Assembly: GCA_951406725.2 (NCBI GenBank)
Contig: OX597815.1
Span: 35,960,001-36,024,000, forward strand
DNA length: 64,000 nt
Source of the DNA: Octopus vulgaris
Taxonomy: Eukaryota
Direction of reading: 5' to 3'
The stretch's first letter is position 1. Each line of letters opens with the position of its first letter. This document shows positions 13,204 through 25,539 of this stretch, piece by piece. The position numbers and the translations under genes were made by a program. Under the pieces are notes generated by a model. That model was not told the origin of the DNA, made no database searches, and worked only from the letters and a program-made list of their open reading frames with translations.

Positions 13204-13498
13204 ACCATGACCAACCAGGCTATCAGATGTTGCTACACATCGCTGGTCACAATGCGCTTCGCATTGTTTTAGCCTTCAAATGACGCTACCTCGCTGGCTA
13301 AGCAAGCAGGCCAACAGAAGAGTGAGAGAAGGTTGTGGCAAAAGAGTACAGCAGGGATCGCCACCACCCCTGCTGGAGCCTCGTGGAGCTTTAGGTGTTT
13401 TCGCTCAATAAACATTCACAATGCCCGGTCTGAGAATCGAAACCGCGATCCTACAACCGCGAATCCGCTGCCCTAACCACTGGGCCATTGCGCCTCCA
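13204..13498 (-). mobile_element. SINE family C with an alternative 3' tail
   Basis: Head and body match 8860-9034; the tail (13204-13315) differs. Confidence 0.85.
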
Positions 13499-13499
13499 C

Positions 13500-13530
<31 letters not shown>

Positions 13531-13559
13531 AACACACACACAGACACATATATATATAT

Positions 13560-14580
13560 GTATCATCATCATCATCCATCATTTTGAATCCGGATTTTGT
13601 CCCCATTAACAGGGGTGCCTGGATCTACCTCAAAGCCATAGCAACCACCCTCACGCAATCCCACCTGGTCTGGGGCGTCTTCCCTTTTCAAGCCAACCCT
13701 CCCAATCTCCTCTTCCATCTGTTCCCTCCACATTTTCTTCGATCTACCTCACTTTTGCTGTCCATTCACCTCAAACTCTAGCACCCTCTTCAGAACATGT
13801 TCCTCATCCCTCCTCAACACATGCCCATACCACTGCACTCCATCCACCCTTGACAGCTGTTCCATTGATTCTTCCAGCCCCAGCATCCCCCATCAAGTCT
13901 TCAGTCCACCTCTTATCAAACAGCTTCAAGCCACACAATTCTCTCACCATTTCTCTCTCAGTCCTTGTCAAAACTGCCATCTCTCTCTCTCTCAAACACC
14001 ATGTCTCATTCTCGTACAGCATTGCTACTCTTACACAGCTCCTATAGACCTTTCCTTTAGTCTTCAATGAGAACCTTTTCTCATATAATAACACACTACA
14101 TACCCTGAACTTCAAGTCTTGCTCTTGCTGTCATAGCTACTTCAATCCACCCTATTTCTCAAAACCCTTTCACCATCTCCACCACATTACATAGTGTTTC
14201 CACTGACTTTGCCAGCCACCCAGCTCCTTTCTTATATCTTTCACAAACTATCTTGCCAGTCTTGGGGTCACCTTCTTCATTTTTGTACATCTACCATAAA
14301 TCCATTTCTCACATCTTGTACACAACACCGCATTTTCCATCACCTTCCTCCCACACACACACACCACATGGATCCACCCTACTCACTAACATTTCTCCTT
14401 CCACCCCACTCACCATCACCTTTGTCTTCCCGAGGTTTACCTTCAAATGCCTCCTTCCATTTCCAAAATTTCTCCCTCAATCCCTCCATCATCTCACTCA
14501 TCAGAACAAGGTCATCTGCATTCAGTCCCTCTCTTGCACTCTTTGTCACCACATCAACCACTATTGCAAACAACACTTTT
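13560..14580 (-). mobile_element. 5'-truncated RTE-clade LINE (RT C-terminal part)
   Basis: Peptides LNADDLVLMSE and RFSLKTKGKVYRSCVRVAMLYENETWCL; (GAT)n tail at 13562-13575. Confidence 0.88.
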
Positions 14581-14793
14581 AATAGTTAAGTTGATTACAT
14601 AAACTCCCTATATATGTATATATATCCGTACACACACATATATATTTGTCAAATACATCAAAGATATAATACATTACCATATTACCATGCAAATCTACTC
14701 AAAGCCTACCCTTTGGGTGTTATGAAAGTATTTTTTGTTTTTGTTTTTGACATGTCTTTCTCTCAAAGACACTTAATTATGTTTAGGACAAAA

Positions 14794-14815
14794 TCTCTCT
14801 CTCTCTCTCTCTCTC

Positions 14816-14904
<89 letters not shown>
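14794..14904. repeat. Compound (CT)n(CTGT)n(GT)n microsatellite
   Basis: Direct reading. Confidence 0.97.
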
Positions 14905-14905
<1 letters not shown>

Positions 14906-15184
14906 TTATACTTAATCATCTGAGCTTTTCTATGAAAATACATTCTCAATTTATATGAGAAATGCTTATAGATGTAGCTGCAATTTTATTATTTAAAGTT
15001 TATATCCAAACTTTAAGTTTGCTTGCAATAGATCACATTTGATTTTCTGTAAGCTATGTTGCCAACATCTTTGCTGCACTATCACACAGTGACTAATGTA
15101 AGAACTAATATTACTGAAATATACTGAAGCCACATCATGTCTACCTTATCACATAGAGCTTCCACTTATGGAACTGATTGATGA

Positions 15185-15582
15185 GGTGACGAGCTAGCAG
15201 AAACGTTAGCATGCCAGGTAAAATACTTAGCGGTATTTCGTCTGCCGTTACATTGTGAGTTCAATTCCGCCGAGGTTGACTTTGCCTTTCATCCTTTCAG
15301 GATCGATAAATTAAGTACCTGTTCCGCTCTGGGGTCGATGTAATCGACTTAATACCTATGTCTGTCCTTGTTTGTCCCCTCTAAGTTTAGCCCCTTGTGG
15401 GCAATAAAGAAATAGGTATTTTGTCTGTCTTTACGTTCTGATTTCAAATTCTGCTGAGGTCGACTTTGCCTTTCATCATTTCAGGGTTGATAAATTAAGT
15501 ACCAGTTGTGTACTGAGGTTGATCTAATCGACTGGCCCCCTCCCCCAAAATTTCGGGCCTTAGGCCTAGAGTAGAAAAGAAT
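15185..15582 (+). mobile_element. SINE family B, dimer-like (full copy followed by a headless copy)
   Basis: Head gacgagctagcagaaacgttagc...gagttcaattcc; the body gcctttcatcctttc.gg.tcgataaattaagtacc occurs twice with two different tails. Confidence 0.88.
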
Positions 15583-15849
15583 TATGGAACTGATGTTACT
15601 AGGATTGCTAAAATAATCACCCAACCTGAACTGATCAAAGAAGGCCTAAATATTGTCACCAAGAAGCCATTTTAAATTTCTTTCAACTTCTCATCATTCT
15701 GACTCCAAATATCTGATGATGTGGATATGTTCAATGCCCACAAAACTTTAAGTAATATGGAGCTAAACCAAACATTATTAAATACTCCAAATAGATAGGT
15801 TAAGTGCTACTATCTTTCATTTGTTTACTCACTCATGTATGGTTGTGGT

Positions 15850-16258
15850 AGGTATGGGCATAGCTATGTGGTTAAGAAGTTCACTTTCTAACCAAATGCT
15901 TTTGGGTTCAGTTCCACGGTATGGTATCTTGGGCAAGTATCTTCTACTATAGTCCCAGGCCAACCAGAGCCTCGAGTGGATTTGGTAAATGAAAACTGAA
16001 ATAAGCCTGCCATATATGTGTGGGTGCTTAAGTGTGTGTCTCATCTTGACATCACATGATGGTTGTAAATTGAATGTCACCATCATGCAAGTGATGTCAT
16101 CATTCATTTCCAATCTTCTGTGAAAACATGTCTGGCCATGGGGAAATTATTACTTTACGGTTGTTGGCAGGAAGGGCATCTAGCCATAGAAAATCTGCCT
16201 CAATGAATTCCTTCTGACTCATACAAGCAAGGAAAAGTAGATATTACAATGATGATGA
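15850..16258 (+). mobile_element. Older SINE family A-like head with an RTE-like 3' end
   Basis: tagctatgtggttaagaag...gggttcagttccac...cttgggcaagtatcttctactatag, then ggaagggcatc and a gatgatgat tail. Confidence 0.65.
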
Positions 16259-16750
16259 TAGCTAGCACTGCTCATCTATTTATTCAAATTTCATGTCCCC
16301 ATTTTTAAGATTTGAATACCCATTAAAGAGAATCTGTCTTCAAATTACAGAGATAATTTCAGCCGATTGAAGTTTTCTGTTCACTATGTACTCTACTGTA
16401 TTATAAATATATATTATGTGGAATATGCTTCTGCGAAATATTTTTACCTCCACCCATCCACCCCCCCACACACACACATCCAATGAGCTTTCACATTTTC
16501 TAGCTATTAAAATCAGAATGATTTAACTGACCTAGGCCTGCAATTATGGTTAAAGATATTTGCTCACGGTGCCAACAGCTATATGATTATGAAGTGAACT
16601 TCTTATACTGCGCAAGTGAGAAATTACAATGGTCAAGCAAATAAAGTTTCAGTCTCTATAGGTAGGAGAGTTATATAGGTTTATACATCATGACTAGTGT
16701 GTTGGTCTGTTTCTTGGCCAAGCCACTAACATTTTTCTCTCTCATTTCAT

Positions 16751-17163
16751 TACTCTTTTACTCTTTTACTTGTTTCAGTCATTTGACTGCGGCCATGCAG
16801 GAGCACCGCCTTTAGTCGAGCAACTCGACCCCGGGACTTATTCTTTGTAAGCCCAGTACTTATTCTATTGGTCTCTTTTGCCGAACTGCTAAGTGACGGG
16901 GACATAAACACACCAGCATCGGTTGTCAAGCAATGCTAGGGGAACAAACACAGACACACAAACACACACACACACACATATACATATATATACATACATA
17001 CGACAGGCTTCTTTCAGTTTCCGTCTACCAAATCCACTCACAAGGCTTTGGTCAGCCCGAGGCTATAGTAGAAGACACTTGCCCAAGGTGCCACGCAGTG
17101 GGACTTAAATCGGAACCATGTAGTTGGTTAGCAAGCTACTTACCACACAGCCACTCCTGCGCC
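16751..17163 (-). mobile_element. tRNA-derived SINE family A (full length)
   Basis: Minus head ggcgcaggagTGGCtgtgTGGtaag...GGTTCCGATTTAAGTCC, ccttgggcaagtgtctt, internal (CA)/(TA) tract and (TAAAAGAG)n tail. Confidence 0.92.
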
Positions 17164-17937
17164 TTTCATTGGCAGTAAAAAAAAAAATAGAATTTAGTTT
17201 GAAGGGAACCAAACTAACTGGATATTGAGGTGTTGCTAGAGCTGCAGTTATCCACTGTGGTGTTGGTGATGTTACCAGTGAGAATTTATTCAAGAGATTT
17301 TTAAATGTTCTCGACTCACTGACCACACTAGTAAATAAATGCTTGTTTGTGGCTATGTACATAACCAAACGTCTGTATAAAAACACATACAAAACACGTT
17401 GCAAATATTTGGAATAAAAAATAGATGTATATAAGGATGACAGTCAAAGCCTGTTTATATTCAACAACAAGGTCTTTGTAAGTTTATTTCTTATCAACTA
17501 AAATGTATGTTAAAAATGACTTTAACACTTGTAGTTAAATGACCGAATGGAATGCATTTGCTATTTATGGGATTAAATGAATTTCCTTAATCACATTTCA
17601 TTGTTTTTTATTCTGTCCCATCAACCCATCTAAAAGAAGCACTATTATTTTACATTTAAATATATGAACCAAGTTCTCTTGTTCCTATTTCGACCACCAC
17701 CTTCAAATAACAGCTAAATTGTCTTTGTAAACACACTGAAAACTTAATCTAATGAGTAATATTAGCAAGTAATGTGATAGTATTGACACATACAACAAAC
17801 TAAGTGGACTAAACCCTTTATACCATCTTGTCTAGTGCTTCATAAGTTTGAGATTCAAATCCTGTCAGACCTGATTTTGCTTTAACTGATTATTCTAGAA
17901 GTTATTAACTATGAGTAACTTAATGCTAATCAGTCAA

Positions 17938-18333
17938 TCTTTATATATAAAAGTAAGGTTGTGTGTCTGTCTCCTATGATTTAGATTCCTAACTACTCCC
18001 ACATTTTGCGGTGCAGTTTAACCAAAACCGGGTATCTTATAGTCGTGATTCATATCGAGCCCGTCTGGGTATTAGCGCGCGTCTACGATGAGTCTACGAT
18101 TTTAAAAATAATTTACCATCATTTTTTCCATTTTAATGCATTTTTTCGCTATTATATAAGGGAAGTAACTCTCTAAAAATGTCTACGATGAGTCAACGAT
18201 TTAAAAAAAAATTTACCATAATTTTTTTTCCATTTTTAATGCATTTTTTTGCTAATTTTTGGCTATAACTCTCTAAAAATGCTTTATAGTTATTTCCCTT
18301 ACAAACCCGAGCAACGCCGGGCGATACTGCTAG
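17938..18333 (+). mobile_element. Non-autonomous Helitron
   Basis: A|TC 5' end; 3' hairpin cccgagcaacgccggg then CTAG|T; no TSD; internal ~100-bp tandem duplication (18081/18181). Confidence 0.88.
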
Positions 18334-18664
18334 TTATTAATACAATTAATAATCATTCTGCTTGTTTTTTTAATTTAGTTTGATATGTAGGAAGGGGCTC
18401 TACAAAACCAGTGAGATTCCTGCCACAAACATCCCATTTAAACTGTTACAAAATGATATGTGCAGAGAGGAAATTCTGTAAGGGTTTTACATTTATGGCT
18501 TTGTAACACACACACACACACACACACACATACATACACACACATATATGTATTAGCAATAATTATAACGACAAAGAATATGGAGACTCGTTTATCTTTA
18601 AAATGTTATTTCCTCTTATTTCACAATTTTATACACCATATTATTATGGCCTTTACGACCTGAA

Positions 18665-19058
18665 TATGATTCCACTGCACAGACAGTTTCCGCAACCACA
18701 TCACTCCTAACATCTGGCCACCTAACTCCCCAGGCTGTAACCCCCTTGATTATTATGTGTGGGGTACAGTTGAGCAAGAGACCAACAAAACTCTTTGTAA
18801 CACCAAAGATGAACTGAAGGCAAGGATTATGGCAGCATTCACCAACTCAAACAAGGAGAGCATCCAGAAGAGTTGCAGGAGATTCCGAAGTCGTCTGGAG
18901 GTCATGGTTAAAGTCAATGGCAATTTTATTGAATAAACTTACTCTTTAGTATTTCAAAATATTTTTATGTAACTTTGGTAAATATCTCTGTTACAATGTA
19001 ATGTCAGTGCTATTTTCATTTTTGCATAATTTAGACAACAGTTTATTCATTGCACCCA
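18665..19058 (+). mobile_element. Tc1/mariner (DD37D/maT-like) 3' fragment
   Basis: IWPPNSPGCNPLDYYVWGTVEQETNKT...CRRFRSRLEVMVKVNGNFIE* (WP..SPDLNP.D motif). Confidence 0.85.
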
Positions 19059-19081
19059 ATATATAAATATATATATACACA

Positions 19082-19880
19082 TGACAGAGTGTAAGCACCT
19101 TGAGAGAAATGCTGGACATAAGAAGCATCAGATGTAGTATGCAAGAGAGACGTTTGCGCTGGTATGGTCATGTACTACGGATGGATGAGGAGAGATGTGT
19201 GAAGAAGTGCCACTCCCAAACAGTTGAAAGAATCTGGGGTAGAGGTAGACCCAGGAAGACATGGGATGAGGTGGTCAAGCATGACCTTTGAAAGTTGGGC
19301 CTCACTGAGGCAATGACGAAAGACCGAGATCTCTGCAGATATGCTGTGACTGCGAAGACCTGACAAATAACGTGAGTTCATGGCTGTTTCCTGCACCAGC
19401 TTCACATAGCAGCCCCAGCCTATCCAAAGTACCTTGGATCGCAGGACGGCCTGCTGTGCTTACCTTGGATCGTAGGGCGTCCTGCTGTGCTTGAGGAGAC
19501 CTATTGAATCAAGTACATCAACATCAAAATACAAGTCAGATGGAAATTATAGTTGTGATACCTGTGCTGGTGGCACGTAAAAAGCACCATCCGAATGTGA
19601 CAGATGCCAGCGCCGCCTTGACTGGCTTCCATGCCGGTGGCATGTAAAAGGCACCAACCAATCGTGGCCATTGCCAGCTTCTCCTGGCACTTGTGCCGGT
19701 GGCATGTAAGAAGCATCCACTACACTCACGGAATGGTTGGCGTTAGGAAGGGCATCCAGCTGTAAAAACACTGCCAGATCAGACTGGAGCCTGGTGCAGC
19801 CTCCTGGCTTCCCAGACCCTGTTCGAACCGTCCAACCCATGCTAGCATGGAAAACGGACGTTAAACGATGATGATGACGA

Positions 19881-19883
<3 letters not shown>
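19082..19883 (+). mobile_element. Young RTE LINE 3' portion
   Basis: MQERRLRWYGHVLRMDEERCVKKC...RGRGRPRKTWDEVV; 3'UTR ends ggaaaacggacgttaaacgatgatg. Confidence 0.93.
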
Positions 19884-19919
<36 letters not shown>

Positions 19920-21534
19920 CCAGTACCTTTATGAGACCTACTGTTGCCATGTACAGGATTGAGGTTTAATGTTAAAAGATATTTACAGAAGAAAGGAAAT
20001 TTTATTCTTGTGGATGTAAATATTGTCCAACAATTAACAGTGCGATTATTGATTTCCGCTATTGGTATGTGCCCTAACATTTGGGGAAAAGGGTACATAG
20101 TTGATTACAATTTTATTTTACAGACTATAAAACTATATTTACATCAAATACAACTAAATAGTGTGAGAAAACTGTTGTAAGTCTTGATCTATCAACCTTT
20201 ATCATGTGATTCAGCAATCCATGTTGTTATTGCCAAAATATAACTCATGAAATCCAGCACACTTCGGAAACTATCACTGAATACTTGCTCTCTTTATTTC
20301 ATACAAGCAATAAAAATACACATAAATATGCATGTATGTGTGTTGAATGAATATTACTCAGTTTTCTTTTCACATAGGGGACCTTGCTTGCACAGATAAT
20401 AACTACACAGTTCTGACTATAAATAACGCCAGTTATCTCTATTAGCTAAGAGTTCCTATGATAGTTGCAGATTACCTCTGCTGTAGTTTTACAAGTCATG
20501 GTTAATAAAATCCAACATCTTAATCTATCAATACCATCCACCTCGGTGTGTTGGGGGCACATCCTTATATGTATGTGTGCATGCATTTGTGTGAATGTAT
20601 ATATTTGATTAGTCATCATAACTGTTCATAGAGCTTACTCTTAATGTTTTCTGAACTATTAAGCAGATTATACAAATTTTGCTTGGAATAGAAAGCTGGT
20701 CATTCTCAGTTGACTTTCCCAGACAATCCAATACCAATTTCCCAAGTTGGATCACTTGAGATAAGGAGAAGTATTTTTCCCAGGGACAATGAAATATTTG
20801 AACAACGGAAAACATGAATTCATTATTCTATAATAGTTCACACACGTGTCAAGCAGATAAGTAGATTCATAAGTTCACAAGTATGTTTATCCTTTGTAAA
20901 CAACCACACTGTAAAATGGGATTAAACTTTGTATAATTTTTTCTTTTTTTAGTTTCACTAAAACATTGAAGATTCCATCAAAAACCACACTCATAAAAAT
21001 ACATGGAAGGGAATCTTTAATAACAAAGAATGTTACTGCCAAAATGTAAAAACCAAACACACTTCAAAGAACAGTCCCTGAATTCCTGCCCTAAACAAAA
21101 ATACATGAATCTCCACTGATTTTATTTACTGTTACTTCATGTTTTCACTATTCTAAAGTACAAAAATTTCTTCATTGTTAAGGTGTATGAGAGGAAACTT
21201 GAGAAATGGATTCAAAGCTAAATATGTCATCTCTTTTGACAGTAAGAATTGGAAAAGCAAATTGCAAACAGGTAAGCCCCAACCAAGCCCTGCTCTGATC
21301 TAGCAGCTCAACTGATTGAAAACATTCCAACCATAACTGTCTAGTCTTTTTTCAAACATAATGTATTTAGGACAGCATTATCTAATATGTCCATCATTTT
21401 TTAAAATAGGTTATGAACAGAGGAAGATTTGGCTGCTGTTTCTAGCAGGACAAATGACCAAATAGAGGATCTCTTGAGATGGTTCAATATTTAGTAAGTA
21501 AAATACTTAAGTACCATCACATTGTGAACTAAGA

Positions 21535-21775
21535 AGCACACATCAACACTATTACCAAGCGAAAGCTGTCTTATATACTTTTCTCATTCCAAGCACAGGT
21601 GGAAACTCATACCAACAGTGGCACCATGTGAGAGAGTTGTTTACATAAGTAAATGGGAAAACTCGCACCAACAGTAACACCAAGTAAGAGAGAGCTGTTT
21701 ACATAAGTAGACTTATTCCAAACTAAGTAAGAAGCTCACATTAACAACACCACCATCTGAGAGCTGCATAACAAA
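21535..21775. repeat. Degenerate ~60-70-bp tandem repeat, about 4 copies
   Basis: Recurring aa.ctc.caccaacag...caccaNgt.agagag.tg.ttacataagta. Confidence 0.7.
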
Positions 21776-22059
21776 AGTACTTATTTTAGTTATGGTGTTT
21801 GCAAAACTTATGTCTTGACTAATAGTTCAACAAATAAAACTTAAGTTTGCTAAGATCACATTAAGCTAAGGAAGAAAGTGCAATAGACCCAAACAAATTC
21901 AGCATGTCTCATATTCTCAGGAGACACAAGAACATGGGTTATCTTCTCAAAATTACTGAAAATTTTTCATTACCAATAACCATCAACATACACACATAAT
22001 AGTTCATACCGTACACAAGCCCTTGCACATACGCGCATGCGCGTGTGCACACACACACA

Positions 22060-22225
22060 CAACAGACTTCAAAACTGTTTCTGTCTATCAAATTCACCAA
22101 CAAGGCATTGGTCGGCCAGGAGCTATAGTGGAAGACACTTGCCCAAGATACTGTGCAGTAGGACTGAACCTGATACCACATGATTGCAAAGCAAACTTCT
22201 AAACCACACAGTCACACCTGCACCT
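22060..22225 (-). mobile_element. SINE family A 5' half, degenerate
   Basis: gctatagtggaagacacttgcccaag...actgaacc...accacacagtcacacctgcacc. Confidence 0.75.
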
Positions 22226-22363
22226 ATTATAAACATTTATTCTACATTGAATGGAAAAACTGACTTGTTTTGAAGAGCAGCAACAACATAAATAGAGCAC
22301 CAAATGACTGGTTGCTCGAATGATCTCAATTGAATCAAAGTGTTCTACTTCACTGTATTATGA

Positions 22364-22421
22364 AGGTGAAACCTTCCTGCAGGTGAGACCTTCCTGCAGG
22401 TGAGACCTTCCTGCAGGTGAA
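22364..22421. repeat. 17-bp tandem repeat, about 3.4 copies
   Basis: (AGGTGAGACCTTCCTGC)n. Confidence 0.95.
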
Positions 22422-22510
22422 TAGGAATTATATCAATAATAAAGAACTTTGTTTATCTTAATTTTCAAAAATAAAAGAAGTATAAAAAAACACATTATTT
22501 ATGTGATGAC

Positions 22511-22556
<46 letters not shown>

Positions 22557-22567
22557 GAGAGAGAGAG

Positions 22568-22910
22568 AGAAAGAGAAAAGATGAAAAAACACAGAAGATT
22601 TGTTTTACAGGATTTAAGAGTATATTAGAGCCACGGGAATAAAGATATTATACAATCTCATACAAAAATAAGGTTTTGTTCTTTCAACATAATTGAAGAA
22701 ACAGTTTCACATTGCTCACCAAACTGAGAGTTGCTTTTTTCAACTCTCAGTTTGATGAGTAATGTAAAACCAGTCCTTACTTTAATTATGTTGAAAGAAC
22801 AAAACCTTATTTTGTACAGAATTGCATAATATCTTTATTCTTATGGCCCTAATATAACTCTTAAATCCTGTAAAACAACTCCTCTGTGTTTTTTCATCTT
22901 TTTTCTTTCT
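22568..22910. repeat. Long imperfect inverted repeat (arms ~165-170 bp, 7-nt loop)
   Basis: ...aaactgagagttg[ctttttt]caactctcagttt...; the arms pair out to gaaaagatgaaaaaacacaga / tctgtgttttttcatctttt. Confidence 0.95.
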
Positions 22911-24119
22911 GCAGACTGCAACCTTCGGGTATTTTCACTCAGTCATATTATTTTTGTTCATTTAGGTGTGTAAAGAGATAAAAATGCTAAAATGACTTGT
23001 TATATCTAGCATCCTATGTCTGAAGATTTTTTTTTACTTCAATTCAAGAGAAGTTATTTTGCTAAAACCCCTACCTCTCTGCTTTGTTACACAAGCAAGT
23101 TCTAGGGAAAATCAAATTTACAATCAATTCTGACTGACATACAAATTCTTTACATCTTTAACCACAGCTTAATTCTATAACAATGATATCCATTAGCTTC
23201 TACATACAGACTTATAGACATATATACTCAACAGCTTCCACCTCATCTGTACACCCATCCACCTTGATAAGGACTTCCAAACATACTATAATATGAAATA
23301 GATGATTCTATCTCTTTCAACAGCAGCAAAATGAAATGCTACAAAACTACACCATACTTAAAAAAATAGTAAATTCAACAAACTACAAAACAACAAACTT
23401 TATAATTTTACAATGAACAAAACTCAAGAAAAGGAATCCATAAGATAACAGCCCCTTTTCTCATAAACAATGTTTCCTAAATATGTTAGAAACTTAGCTT
23501 CTCTGTCACTTAAAAGACCCTTCTGTGGCTTTTAGAAGCTTACATAGTTATTTGAATCTTGTGAGATGTCTAGTTCAAGGTTATTATATTTAAATATAAT
23601 ACTAAGAACTTTATATGAGAAATTACCAAACTCATGAGACCACTTACTTGTAGCTTTCTCTCTAATATACTTCTCTTACATGTGTATATATTTACAGCTG
23701 AACTTATTACATGATTTGTTGTTGCTGTTACTATTTTAACCCCAAGCCAAACTTGATTGAGCAAACCTTAGGAGTATTCATGTCTTATCTCACAAGGAAT
23801 ATAGATTAGATGTGTATATACCTTTTGTATAGAGGAAGGCAATTCACTGCAGCTCAAAAGTAATCTTTCAGAATGCGATCCTGGATTAGTGTAATCAACA
23901 CTTTGGTTTCATTATCTAAGCTTGTTTCAACTTGGGAATTAATTACGTATTAATAAATTCATTTCCATAACATAGGCATATGTGCTCTACTGACACTTCA
24001 GATGGACCATGTAGGTGGAATCTGGTAGACAAAAACTATGCAGAAACACATTATATATATATATGAATGTATGTATGATGTATATATGTGTGCACATGTG
24101 TTTGTGTCTGTATTAATAT

Positions 24120-24332
24120 TGGATTCAAATTTGGAAAAAGGCCAGCAAGTTCAGGAAACAGAGTTAGTCAATTACATTGACTCCAGTGCTTGACTGATGC
24201 TTATTTTATCAATCTCGAGAGGATGAAAGGTAAAGTCAACCTTGGCAGAATTTGAACTCAGAATGCAAAGACAGACAAAATACTGCTAAGCATTTTGCCT
24301 GGCATGCTAACAATTCTGCCAGCTCATCACCT
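24120..24332 (-). mobile_element. SINE family B, older copy
   Basis: ggatgaaaggtaaagtcaaccttggcagaatttgaactcaga...tgctaacaattctgccagctc. Confidence 0.85.
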
Positions 24333-25539
24333 TATGTGCCTGCATAAATATTGAGAAGTATAAATAAGCATTGAGTTAGTTTGTGTTACAGCATAACTTA
24401 TCAGTTCAAGAAATAAAGATCAATAAAATATATGCCAAAAGTGGAATAATTGGTAATAACCTGGAAAAGCTACAGTCCAGAGATTAAAACAAAATGTTTT
24501 CAAATTCAGAGTTGCTTCTAACTACAACTTTTAAAATATCGTTCCAGAATCCACAAAGCTTCAACCCAGATTATGGTAACTCTTGGCATTGAGCAATGAC
24601 TAGGCTTGTGCATGCATACAGATTCTGGATCTTCTACACTTTTTTTTTTATTTGACAAAAATGGCTACAGAAACAGGAGTATTCCAAAATTATGTACTAT
24701 TATTCTTAGTTTCTTAAACTATAAAACTATCAAAGAAATTAAAACCTAAGACCTTGCAAATATTGCAAATAGTCTGGAACGCTTTGTTCCACATTTAAAT
24801 CTTTCTGAGTATTTTTTTTTTTTTTGTGCTTTGCTCTGCTCATGTTGTAAAAATATCAATTTTATACTGAGGTCAAGGAACGTATTTTCCTTACAAAATG
24901 ATGTTTCTATGCTAAAAAAAGCAACTATTATTCTGTTTTTTATAGATCTAATCTTCACCATTTCTCTGAATAAATATAATATTCCAAATGGATAATGGAA
25001 CAAATGTATCGAGAATATATCAGTTTCTTACTTGATTCTATTGACTATTCTTGTCTTTAGAACAATGTAGATAAGAGATTGGCTTGAAGAAACTCACAAC
25101 AGACAGCTGACACACAACCTGTTCTACCTCATTGTAATTGATTTTCCAAAGTTGTGTAGGTGGAATTTCAATAAGAAAGAAAGCTAAATAATGGAGGCAA
25201 AGCAGCTGTGGGATAAGTATACTAAACTTCTGAACATATGTTCAAATCCTTTTACTGCTATTATGTTCAGCCATTTCTACTTCTTTCAGTGTACCTAACT
25301 AACAACAGGTTCTGCTCCTACTTTGTTGGTGAATAGTTAGCAGTGAGCAAAGTCACACACCTGTAAATATATTTTTGTCAAGAATATGCAAGAAACATCA
25401 CTGTCAATTCCAATAAATTTTCCTGTGAGCACAAAAAATGTAGTGGGATCAGAGGCTAACTGACGAGAACTCCATAAGTAATAGATGCACAGGAGTTGTT
25501 AGCAATAAGACCTCCAAAGGTGTGAAGTATTTCAACTGC

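Noticed and set aside
21535-21775. Repeat-spacer appearance suggestive of a CRISPR array (also the RTE 3'UTR units)
   Set aside because: Eukaryotic context, degenerate tandem units without unique spacers, and no cas genes.
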